The notes under the pieces: generated by a model
Databases searched by the model: none
What the model was told of the DNA's origin: nothing
The model's input: the letters and a program-made list of their open reading frames with translations, nothing else
Made by a program: the position numbers and the translations under genes
Part shown: positions 52,447 through 64,000 of the stretch, one piece after another
How the letters are laid out: each line of letters begins with the position of its first letter
How positions within the stretch are numbered: the first letter of the stretch is position 1
Assembly (NCBI GenBank): GCA_965112155.1
Contig: OZ218107.1
Length of the DNA stretch: 64,000 bases
Source: Podarcis liolepis
Lineage: Eukaryota
Direction: 5' to 3' (one strand)

Positions 52447-52584
52447 ATTGGCCCCAATCCCAAAAATGTAAGTCACCTTAAAGTCCCGTTAAAATTAGTG
52501 GTCATAAATTAGTCACAACTAACATGTCCTATTGATTTCAGTAAAGACTGAAAGAAGATTATTTTGTCTGGGATTTGGGCCAAT
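52447..52584. mobile_element. Palindromic MITE-like element (138 bp)
   Basis: Terminal arms ATTGGCCCCAATCCCA and TGGGATTTGGGCCAAT (15/16 inverted). Confidence 0.65.
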
Positions 52585-53067
52585 GATACTTTGTGCCAAT
52601 TAATTATTTTATAGTTTTAATATAAAAATTGCATCAAAGCTCCCATCAAAATAAGCAAGAATGCTTAACCATTTTGACGGTTTCTTCTAAATTGATTTCT
52701 CACAGTTTATGGACAATTTAAGGGTCCTTGTGACAAAAAACAACAAAAACTTCTAGGCACTCTAGTCCACACTAAACTGCTGGGTGGCAGGTGGACTGTA
52801 CACTAGCGGAATCCCAGGTGTGTCTCTCTGGCCCAGCAGCAGATACAGAGCCTCTGATCTGGATCCAATGCAGACTAGTCTCCTAGAAAGAATGATCAAA
52901 TCCAATTGGACAATAGCTATAAGCACAGAGCTGATCCAGATCTGGATTACCGAAGTTATCCTTGCATATCTTAATATAGTATAGCAAGTCTGCTCCCTCA
53001 TCCACCTGTTTCAATGTTGGTGGCCCCTTTTCCTTAGCTAGGCTGATTGGCAGTCTCTGCCATATAC

Positions 53068-56000
53068 CCTCTTGCCCTTGTTGTTGTTGTCATCTGTCTG
53101 TCTCGAAAGACAATAGTGTCCACCCCCATGAATGTAGTCAAACCACTGTTATCAGCACTACCCGAGCAAGGTCCTCTTCCAGATATATTCTGCAAGGCAG
53201 CTGATGTTCAGGATCTGGGCTTTTCTTCTCCTAAATGGGCTACTTTTCCAGTTTGATGAGTCTCATCTGCCCCTTCCTTCCTGCTCATGACTCTTACACT
53301 AAACACGCCCTGGTTGCCCCAGCTCCTCCTCCACCAAGTTGCATAGGCTGCACATAGAACTGACAATCACAAACTGATGGTAGCCAGGGGAATCACTCTC
53401 CACCCTGATAATTCATACAGCAAATATCAAAGCCTGAGTACAGACTAGGTTTTAACTGTACATCACCATAAAAATAAAACAGTAGCTAAAAAATATAATT
53501 CGAAATACTACCCTGTAATGCATCCCACCAATAACCCTATACAATCACTCAGAAAACAGCATTTAGATGCACTCACTAGTATGTGGGAACCACTTATCTA
53601 TAAAGTGATCCACATGGCTTGGGGCAGCATGTTAATGAGCAGCCATGGGTCTTTAAAATCAAATCAGCCCCCGTTCTCCTGGCAACGTGCCAGTTTTGTG
53701 TGAAAGATCGTGTGATCTGTCATGCCCATGCTCAGTTATAACCCAGCAGAGATGGATCAGCTCCTAGAAAAGTAGCTCCCAGGTGGCTGTGAGTACATAT
53801 ATTCTAAAGGGGTCACTAGTGTTTCCGAATTGGAGAGGGAGGGGTTGCACTCCCAAATCAATAATCCAGGATATGAATTTGTATATGCATATATTCCAAA
53901 AAAACCCCCAACCCTCTGTCATAGTAGATACATGCAGTATAAAGTTATTTTATATATTTACTGGGTTTATATGTTCCATATCCCATCAAAGGCTCCCAAG
54001 CATAGCAAATACAGAAAATAGTTCATAAAAGGTAGAGTAGGAGAAAATTAATGGCTTGATTGGGTTTTGTGAGCTGGTGTATCATTTTCTTCCCTTGGTT
54101 GCTTTTGCCAAGAAAACCTCTTAAAAACGCTGGAGAAGCACAAGCACAGCAGACCCTGAAACAGCATTTCTGCAATCTTTTTCAAAATTTAACAGCAATT
54201 GTTATGAAATATCCAATTATGCTGCTCAGCCCAGGGAAGGTAATATAAAGGGGAGAACTGCAGGACACAAAATTGCATCCAGTACATAAAATGGGTAAGT
54301 GTGGTCATAAATAAAACTAAACTGTAGTAATAAAAAATAACTTAGCATCCTGAAATGTTCTCACATAAATACCCTAAATGAACCTACGTAATTAAAATCA
54401 AGATATCTTTCAACTTATTTCATACAAGAAATGTGGTAAGGGTTTTGAACTGTTAGGAGGAAGTCATATTGTAGCCTTTTCTTAAGATTGGTGGTTGAAA
54501 TAAGTACAAACTGCAGTCCATACTATAAGGGATCAACTTCAGCAATTTGTACATATTGAGGTTACGTGATGGGGGTCTATTTGAAAGAATCTATTTAGCA
54601 GAAATTTTAACTAAACCTGCAGTAGCGAGAGCCAATTGAAAACTAATGAAAGTTTAAAACTTGGCGACTGCGAGAAACTAAATTGATTCTAGGTACAACT
54701 AAATTGCTTATAAATGGTTTTTGGAGACAACTTTATGTATAAATAACAAATGTTTATATTTAACAAAATATATGGTACAAATTATTTCATCTTTCCCTTT
54801 TCCAATTGCAACACAGTTATGGACCATGTTTCCAGTCACATTCCAAGGTAGTATTTCTCAATATTTAACTAGTTAACCTAGTAGCATTTCTATTCCCTTC
54901 AGCTACATTTTTGTATTGACTTCTCTCCATACATTCTGGTAATCTGAAAGTCTTTAAAATATTAATTATTATTGTCTTGAATGACCAATGTTTTGTTAAG
55001 CACAGATGTAATTGTCTAATGCTCTTTTAAGAACATAACATTTATTTTTATATATAAATTAATCCAGATTAAAAATAATTAAGAAAAGAAGTCATATTGT
55101 GACTGATATCCCAACCTTCTGTCTTCTATATACCACTTAAATATTTCTTAAAAGCTCCTAGCTGTCATCTAATTCAATGATGACTGTATTTCATGTAATT
55201 TTATGGTCACTATTCTTTCTTGAATTATGAGTCTCACTGTATTTGCCATTGATAACTGCTGCAACTTATGCACATATTTTAAGTCCCTCTCTAAACCTCT
55301 GACATCTTCACCTCCCATTAACAACATATATTCAGTTTCCTTGGCTATCTTCAACAGCAACCATGTTGCCTTTATAGAAGTAGCATAACGCTGGTGGAAT
55401 AAAGTAGTAAAGACTCCCAGGTAAAGTAGGGACATAGGACTTTAGTGTCAGGACCATTAGAATGTGCTAAACAATTAAAATGGTAACTTCTGTCCCAGTT
55501 TGAGGCATCCTATACCAGTAGATGGTGGAGTAGATGAGGGTAGAGAGTTATGTGTCCATGTGGTTATGTGGTTGAAAGGGGTTCACCAACTATTAGAATG
55601 ATATGATGAATGATTAAGAAAACTGTCTACTGATTATTATTTTTGCAACACCATTCAGCCTTCATGCTGCTCTCAGTCATTTATCCAGCTCATTCCCCAC
55701 TTCTTTCCTTCCTAATGTGTCTTTGACTGTAAGCCTTAGGGTAGCAGCCTGTAGTTTTAGTCATTATCTATTAGAGTATTATGTACGTGTTTTATGATAA
55801 AAGCTTTGGTCTTCAATAAAAATAGATTTATAATCTGTCAACATTTTCAAAAGACAGCAAATAAAACAGATGACTTGACCAGCTGTAATTTCTTTTACAG
55901 CTTTGTGTGTAGAAAGGAAATCCTCAAGCATTTTCTCACCATATTCTCAAGGTTCATACATTGCAGATTCAACTACCTGACATAAGCTTTCTTCAAACAA

Positions 56001-56414
56001 CTTTCAGTTTTCAAATAAGAAAGTGTGAGGGCTCTCTAGGCATCTACCAAAGATGAGCAGATTCCTTAATCAGCAACAGTTAAGCTGATCCATATGTATA
56101 ATTAATTAAAAATAGAAAGGTTCTGCAAAATACAGGAGCAGGAATTAACCCTTGAAACACTAAGAGAGGCAATAGCCAAAAATACATATTTTTTTAAGTG
56201 TGATAGTACTATAATTCAGTTCATGTTCTAAATATTTGTGCTCAGCTATTTCTTAAACCTACAAAAGCTAAACTTTGTACTCAGGTGATAACTCAAGAAA
56301 GGCTGGGCCCTATCTTTGGAACTAAACCTAGCTTTTACAATTTCTCAACCCAAGGTGGCAGCGTTACCTTCAAGGATGGCTATAACAGCACAGACAGAAC
56401 TGCTGGAGGGTGTT
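53068..56414 (+). repeat. Tandem segmental duplication, copy 1 (3,347 bp)
   Basis: Every internal ORF recurs identically at +3347 (53518/56865, 53783/57130, 54060/57407, 55169/58516, 55794/59141); spot-checked homopolymers are identical. Confidence 0.98.
55169..55435 (-). mobile_element. Possible ancient RTE-type LINE RT relic (duplicated at 58516-58782)
   Basis: LKIAKETEYM...GEDVRGLERDLKYV...IQERI resembles the RT domain 6-7 pattern GLKINxxKTEYM...GExIxxVxxFKYLG...IxxRI. Recognised by eye only. Confidence 0.35.
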
Positions 56415-59400
56415 CCTCTTGCCCTTGTTGTTGTTGTCATCTGTCTGTCTCGAAAGACAATAGTGTCCACCCCCATGAATGTAGTCAAACCACTGTTATC
56501 AGCACTACCCGAGCAAGGTCCTCTTCCAGATATATTCTGCAAGGCAGCTGATGTTCAGGATCTGGGCTTTTCTTCTCCTAAATGGGCTACTTTTCCAGTT
56601 TGATGAGTCTCATCTGCCCCTTCCTTCCTGCTCATGACTCTTACACTAAACACGCCCTGGTTGCCCCAGCTCCTCCTCCACCAAGTTGCATAGGCTGCAC
56701 ATAGAACTGACAATCACAAACTGATGGTAGCCAGGGGAATCACTCTCCACCCTGATAATTCATACAGCAAATATCAAAGCCTGAGTACAGACTAGGTTTT
56801 AACTGTACATCACCATAAAAATAAAACAGTAGCTAAAAAATATAATTCGAAATACTACCCTGTAATGCATCCCACCAATAACCCTATACAATCACTCAGA
56901 AAACAGCATTTAGATGCACTCACTAGTATGTGGGAACCACTTATCTATAAAGTGATCCACATGGCTTGGGGCAGCATGTTAATGAGCAGCCATGGGTCTT
57001 TAAAATCAAATCAGCCCCCGTTCTCCTGGCAACGTGCCAGTTTTGTGTGAAAGATCGTGTGATCTGTCATGCCCATGCTCAGTTATAACCCAGCAGAGAT
57101 GGATCAGCTCCTAGAAAAGTAGCTCCCAGGTGGCTGTGAGTACATATATTCTAAAGGGGTCACTAGTGTTTCCGAATTGGAGAGGGAGGGGTTGCACTCC
57201 CAAATCAATAATCCAGGATATGAATTTGTATATGCATATATTCCAAAAAAACCCCCAACCCTCTGTCATAGTAGATACATGCAGTATAAAGTTATTTTAT
57301 ATATTTACTGGGTTTATATGTTCCATATCCCATCAAAGGCTCCCAAGCATAGCAAATACAGAAAATAGTTCATAAAAGGTAGAGTAGGAGAAAATTAATG
57401 GCTTGATTGGGTTTTGTGAGCTGGTGTATCATTTTCTTCCCTTGGTTGCTTTTGCCAAGAAAACCTCTTAAAAACGCTGGAGAAGCACAAGCACAGCAGA
57501 CCCTGAAACAGCATTTCTGCAATCTTTTTCAAAATTTAACAGCAATTGTTATGAAATATCCAATTATGCTGCTCAGCCCAGGGAAGGTAATATAAAGGGG
57601 AGAACTGCAGGACACAAAATTGCATCCAGTACATAAAATGGGTAAGTGTGGTCATAAATAAAACTAAACTGTAGTAATAAAAAATAACTTAGCATCCTGA
57701 AATGTTCTCACATAAATACCCTAAATGAACCTACGTAATTAAAATCAAGATATCTTTCAACTTATTTCATACAAGAAATGTGGTAAGGGTTTTGAACTGT
57801 TAGGAGGAAGTCATATTGTAGCCTTTTCTTAAGATTGGTGGTTGAAATAAGTACAAACTGCAGTCCATACTATAAGGGATCAACTTCAGCAATTTGTACA
57901 TATTGAGGTTACGTGATGGGGGTCTATTTGAAAGAATCTATTTAGCAGAAATTTTAACTAAACCTGCAGTAGCGAGAGCCAATTGAAAACTAATGAAAGT
58001 TTAAAACTTGGCGACTGCGAGAAACTAAATTGATTCTAGGTACAACTAAATTGCTTATAAATGGTTTTTGGAGACAACTTTATGTATAAATAACAAATGT
58101 TTATATTTAACAAAATATATGGTACAAATTATTTCATCTTTCCCTTTTCCAATTGCAACACAGTTATGGACCATGTTTCCAGTCACATTCCAAGGTAGTA
58201 TTTCTCAATATTTAACTAGTTAACCTAGTAGCATTTCTATTCCCTTCAGCTACATTTTTGTATTGACTTCTCTCCATACATTCTGGTAATCTGAAAGTCT
58301 TTAAAATATTAATTATTATTGTCTTGAATGACCAATGTTTTGTTAAGCACAGATGTAATTGTCTAATGCTCTTTTAAGAACATAACATTTATTTTTATAT
58401 ATAAATTAATCCAGATTAAAAATAATTAAGAAAAGAAGTCATATTGTGACTGATATCCCAACCTTCTGTCTTCTATATACCACTTAAATATTTCTTAAAA
58501 GCTCCTAGCTGTCATCTAATTCAATGATGACTGTATTTCATGTAATTTTATGGTCACTATTCTTTCTTGAATTATGAGTCTCACTGTATTTGCCATTGAT
58601 AACTGCTGCAACTTATGCACATATTTTAAGTCCCTCTCTAAACCTCTGACATCTTCACCTCCCATTAACAACATATATTCAGTTTCCTTGGCTATCTTCA
58701 ACAGCAACCATGTTGCCTTTATAGAAGTAGCATAACGCTGGTGGAATAAAGTAGTAAAGACTCCCAGGTAAAGTAGGGACATAGGACTTTAGTGTCAGGA
58801 CCATTAGAATGTGCTAAACAATTAAAATGGTAACTTCTGTCCCAGTTTGAGGCATCCTATACCAGTAGATGGTGGAGTAGATGAGGGTAGAGAGTTATGT
58901 GTCCATGTGGTTATGTGGTTGAAAGGGGTTCACCAACTATTAGAATGATATGATGAATGATTAAGAAAACTGTCTACTGATTATTATTTTTGCAACACCA
59001 TTCAGCCTTCATGCTGCTCTCAGTCATTTATCCAGCTCATTCCCCACTTCTTTCCTTCCTAATGTGTCTTTGACTGTAAGCCTTAGGGTAGCAGCCTGTA
59101 GTTTTAGTCATTATCTATTAGAGTATTATGTACGTGTTTTATGATAAAAGCTTTGGTCTTCAATAAAAATAGATTTATAATCTGTCAACATTTTCAAAAG
59201 ACAGCAAATAAAACAGATGACTTGACCAGCTGTAATTTCTTTTACAGCTTTGTGTGTAGAAAGGAAATCCTCAAGCATTTTCTCACCATATTCTCAAGGT
59301 TCATACATTGCAGATTCAACTACCTGACATAAGCTTTCTTCAAACAACTTTCAGTTTTCAAATAAGAAAGTGTGAGGGCTCTCTAGGCATCTACCAAAGA

Positions 59401-59761
59401 TGAGCAGATTCCTTAATCAGCAACAGTTAAGCTGATCCATATGTATAATTAATTAAAAATAGAAAGGTTCTGCAAAATACAGGAGCAGGAATTAACCCTT
59501 GAAACACTAAGAGAGGCAATAGCCAAAAATACATATTTTTTTAAGTGTGATAGTACTATAATTCAGTTCATGTTCTAAATATTTGTGCTCAGCTATTTCT
59601 TAAACCTACAAAAGCTAAACTTTGTACTCAGGTGATAACTCAAGAAAGGCTGGGCCCTATCTTTGGAACTAAACCTAGCTTTTACAATTTCTCAACCCAA
59701 GGTGGCAGCGTTACCTTCAAGGATGGCTATAACAGCACAGACAGAACTGCTGGAGGGTGTT
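56415..59761 (+). repeat. Tandem segmental duplication, copy 2 (3,347 bp)
   Basis: Starts CCTCTTGCCC as at 53068; identity with copy 1 stops after ...GGAGGGTGTTC (59762). Confidence 0.98.
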
Positions 59762-60312
59762 CAGAACATCCAAACAAGCAGCCTTTAATGTCTGCCAACT
59801 TATTTATCCTCTGTGGTGAACGAACACACGGATCATACGATATTTTATGTCAGGTTAATGTACCTAACACTTCAGGAAATGTGTTCTAGGAAAATGTTAA
59901 TTGTCTTCATTCTTCCAGGGTGACCTCCTGTCCAATATGTTAAGGGATGCCAATCCTCTGTCTTCTAATTTGGGCCAAACTTCATGTGACATTAATCATG
60001 CTGCTTGCTATTTAGCCCTTTGCCCCTGGCTGTAGACCCAAGTCCAAGTCTTGGTCCCTATATGCCTACAGATTCCAAGCGCGAGAGAGAAAAGCTCCTA
60101 TTTAAGCGAGCAAGAGTTTCTTCCACAGTCATATTGCAGCTTTGGGAGTCCCCAGTCTGGATCAGCACCACAAGCCTCCTACACCCCACCCCCAATTAGG
60201 TTCCTGATCTAAATCAGGCTCCCAAGGTGGCAATTCCTGAAAATCACAAACTACAAGTTACCCTCAGACCTGCTAGTTCAATAGGGATCACTAATCAATT
60301 TTAAACAAAATA

Positions 60313-60479
60313 CCATATTTTTCTGTGTATAAGACTAGGTTTTTTAACCAAAAAATTAGGTTTGAAATTGGGGCTTGTCTTATACACGGGTAGTGCTGAG
60401 GGCTATTTTCTTAATTTGGAGTCCCCCAAAATAAGGGGCGTCTTATACATAGGGGCATCTTACACATGGAAAAATACAG
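60313..60479. mobile_element. Tc1/mariner (pogo/Tc2-like) MITE (167 bp)
   Basis: TA|CCATATTTTTCTGTGTATAAGAC...CATCTTACACATGGAAAAATACAG|TA, with repeated internal GTCTTATAC motifs. Confidence 0.85.
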
Positions 60480-63135
60480 TATATAGCTACATATAGCTAC
60501 AATAAAACTGTAATATTAATATTGATTAAGGGGAGGGGCGAAAAAGAAAGACAAGTTCCACTGAATGTGAATATTCCCCTACTTCACTTGATTCTGGGTG
60601 CCACTCAGCAAAGAATTCCATTCCCAACTACAAGGAAACCACTTGTAGATTTAATTTTAGCTTGGGGTGATTATGATATGGTTGGACATAAGGAAAATCA
60701 AAGATACTGGTCCACAGCATCAGAACTCTAAGATTCACATCCAAATTAAGCTGGCAGTACTACCAAGGCAAAACAGACTCCTTTGAGAAATAATCTAATA
60801 AGTGCCATGAACATGAACAGTAAAAAAGTAGTACACAACATTAGTGACCCAGTAAAGTGAAAGATAGGGCTGTGCTTACACCCCAATGCCACTGCCAGGA
60901 CATACCAGCTTCATCGCCAGTCATTTCACAGACACATCTAAGCTGTAGCCCAAGATATGTGGTCACTCCTTCTAATGTGTACAACATAGCAATAGTAAAT
61001 AAAATTTAAATGGGGGGGAAGGAGACACAAAGTACAGTATTTCTTTAAAGAAAAACAGATAGTCAACTGTTGATGGGGAATAAAAAAGGAAGCCAGCCCC
61101 CCCCCCGACAATAGAAGATTTCTGAGTACTTTTTTCAAGTTCCCATTGCTACTACGATTTAATATTAATTACATATTGAAACATTTCTCTAAAATGTATT
61201 CCAGCTGAAATGTTGGATGAAAAGGAACAATGTCTCAATTACACAGCATTTCGTGTGCAGTTGTTTCATTACATACATCAAAAGAAACTAAAAAGGGATC
61301 AATCACTCAACATTACAACAGAAATTAAAAACAACATCATCATGCAGGACAAAAATAAAGCACACCATCATTCATTATCATTAAGAAAATTGTTTCAAAC
61401 TTTCCAGGAAATTCAGGTTACATTTATGAGCAAAAGAAGCTCCATGCTGCACACAAAGATTACTAGTCCTGTTTCCTGAAGATAAAGTTAACAATGTTGC
61501 TTCCAAATTTGTTTGTGGATACAAAGAATGAACTGTATAGTAATTTAAAAAAAACAACAGTGTCACCCTTAAACTAGGGTTTCACTCACATACGGACACA
61601 GATCTAAATGATGGCCGAATATTGTTATGTACAAGATGCATTCACAATGCATTGCATTTTACAAGATTAACTGCTTTCTGCAAATGCTTAAAGCCTCCAT
61701 AAAATTCAAAGAAGGCTATTACATAAATGTTAGCTTCCTGCATAGCATGTTGCAGACATTTACATAAAAGGGATACAAAGTTCCAACAATTCAAGTGGCT
61801 CCCTGCATGTTAAAATCATGAAATGCCAGACATTATTGTTATTATTATATTTATTTATACGCTGCCTTTCCCCCTAATGGGACACAGGGAATGTATTGCT
61901 CCTTATTGTGGAGAATAGGATATAGCACCCTGAAAGTTGCCTGGGTACATCAATAAATGGCACTGAGTACAGTACAACATATAGCGTCCTACTGAATGGA
62001 GGGCGGGTCATGAAACACTTGGGACATATAGTCCCAAATCCCAACTCAAACAGGGTAATCTTTGGGGAGTCAGACGGATTTTACCACATGATAAAGAGGA
62101 ATATTAATGACTGCTACACAGGATTGTTGAGCAGCGAAACAAACTGCTCAAACAAAAACTTAATGATCAAACAACAAGTTAATGAAAACAACTCATTAAG
62201 AAATGATTTTTTTAAAAACAAACCCTGGGATCAACAACACCAACAATAGCATGAAGCTGCCAGAAAGGTTTCAGTCAGTTTCAAAGACTCCCTTCCAAAA
62301 ATGCAGAAGTGGTCCTCAAATTCACCAATGGGGTAGAGAATTTAGGAGTTCAACCCTAATTAAGTGATGCCAAAAATAAGACTTTTCTCACCCATACCTT
62401 ATCATTTGGAAGCTCTTAAGAAACGCACTGCAGCTGCTAGAGCAAGTGGAGCAAATTTCATTTCCCAAGTGACACCTTGGTATGCAGCTACTATACTGCA
62501 AATCCAATTCATTTGATGGGAGCTTGCTCATAAGACATTCCTACTGCATTGTCCCAAGATTTGATTAGGAAAGATAATTACAGCACATTTTTCATATAAG
62601 AGGAAGGAGGCAAACATTTCCATTTTAAATGAAAAGCAGCAGTAAGTACAACATTAGCCATGTTTAAGTCCCCAGCGGTAACCTCCAGAATATGACTCAA
62701 ATGTGCATTTAGTTATAATATGGTTTTGATCTTTCCCTAGGCAGAATTCCAAGTCCTAAACTTTGGGACAAGGAAGTCTTGTCTTGCTCAGTGAGGATGC
62801 AATCCAGAAGGGTAAAGATGGGTTCTAAATTAGGTAAACCCCAGACCAATATCTTCTGATGGCATATCAAATATTAAGCAATGTTATTGCATATTGACAA
62901 GATTGTTTTGATGTCTTGTTAAAAAGTGCAATTTTTATCTCGAAGGAATTAGAATGTTTTAGAATTCAGTTTGCCACTTCTGAAGGAACATGCAGCATTC
63001 ATTTGATGCCAGGCATATTTCTGTTGCCACCTCTTGTCAAATGACTATGAAGAGCAAAAGCTGGTAGCCTTGGATCCAATCTAGTGGTTCAGAACTCTGC
63101 CTTCATACATGATACTGGGTTCAGGGTTTCCTCAC

Positions 63136-63257
63136 CTCAGAATATTTGCAATTTACTGCTAGCTGGCAGACCAGAATGTAACCCAAATTCTTCACCAAAC
63201 GACTAACTAGGCAGCCCTTCTGGTACAACTGAGCTATGTAAACACCTTTGCTCCAAT
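63136..63257 (-). other. Candidate 122-nt exon (gene unidentified)
   Basis: Minus strand: CCTTTTCTGCCTTGTGTCCATTTCCCGCAG|ATTGGAGC...TTCTGAG|GTGAGG; one reading frame open. Confidence 0.35.
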
Positions 63258-63460
63258 CTGCGGGAAATGGACACAAGGCAGAAAAGGCCAGGATTTCTTT
63301 CTGTCATCTTGAATGGCATGCACAACTCATAGGGCTCATGAGCATATAGAAAGTGACCAAGATACTTTTACTTACATAGATATGAGTATAGCAGAACTCA
63401 AGCTACTAAGACCGCCTTTACACATTAACTTTATTTCAAGTGCTGTTTTTGAAAATATTA

Positions 63461-63702
63461 CAGTGGTACCTCGGGTTAAGTACTTAATTCGTTCCAGAGG
63501 TCCGTTCTTAACCTGAAACTGTTTTTAACCTGAAGCACCACTTTAGCTAATGGGGCCTGCTGCTGCTGCTGCACCGCTGCTGCACAATTTCTGTTCTTAT
63601 CCTGAAGCAAAGTTCTTAACCCGAGGTACTATTTCTGGCTTAGCAGAGTCTGTAACCTGAAGCATATGTAACCTGAAGCGTATGTAACCCAAGGTACCAC
63701 TG
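63461..63702. mobile_element. Tc1/mariner (Tigger/pogo-like) MITE, 242 bp
   Basis: Same length and TIRs as 21098-21339; TA TSD on both sides. Confidence 0.95.
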
Positions 63703-64000
63703 TACTGCATTGTTAAGGTGCCTCAGTAGTATCTCCTGCCAATATTTTAGCAATATTTTATATTAATATAAAACCAAAACCACCCTTCTAATTATAAAGT
63801 ATATAATACTTATACCATGTTGGGGGCTTTGTATTGTCGCAGAACCCAATGCAGTTTTTAAAATTATAACTTTATGAAAGTTTTGTGGACTTCTGATTCT
63901 ATAAAAATATAAGAGACTACTTGAAAAATAATTCAACAGAAGTTGTTCTACCAATGTTCTACTATACAAATAAATTTGGCAAAAGCTGCACAAGTAGAGA

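Noticed and set aside
56285-56603. Chimeric ORFs created across the duplication junction
   Set aside because: Fusion of two chance ORFs with non-ATG starts; no sign of coding function.
1-64000. Prokaryote-type systems (operons, CRISPR arrays, defence islands)
   Set aside because: No long ORFs, no gene-dense organisation and no repeat-spacer array; SINEs, LINEs, microsatellites and CpG depletion show vertebrate non-coding DNA.

Overview
This is vertebrate nuclear DNA, AT-rich and CpG-depleted, from a squamate and most likely a lacertid lizard. The lineage call rests on a Sauria SINE together with CR1 and L2 LINE remnants, tRNA-derived SINEs, Tc1/mariner and hAT MITEs and solo LTRs. I could not identify any protein-coding gene, RNA gene, CRISPR array or prokaryote-type system. 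Nearly all ORFs in the track look like chance ORFs or transposon relics, so the window reads as large-intron or intergenic sequence. The clearest structural feature is an apparently perfect 3,347-bp head-to-tail duplication (53068-56414 and 56415-59761), which is either very recent or an assembly artefact. Also worth a second look are a 77-nt hairpin with a 23-bp stem (15451-15527), a three-layer nested transposon insertion (28097-28900), several isolated small-exon candidates (mostly minus strand, including a 15-nt microexon and an exon ending in ATG), a CTCF-like site and an unexplained protein-like 108-aa ORF. I see no evidence for a novel multi-gene system. Repeat family names come from my recall of consensus sequences, not from a database search, and counts were made by eye.
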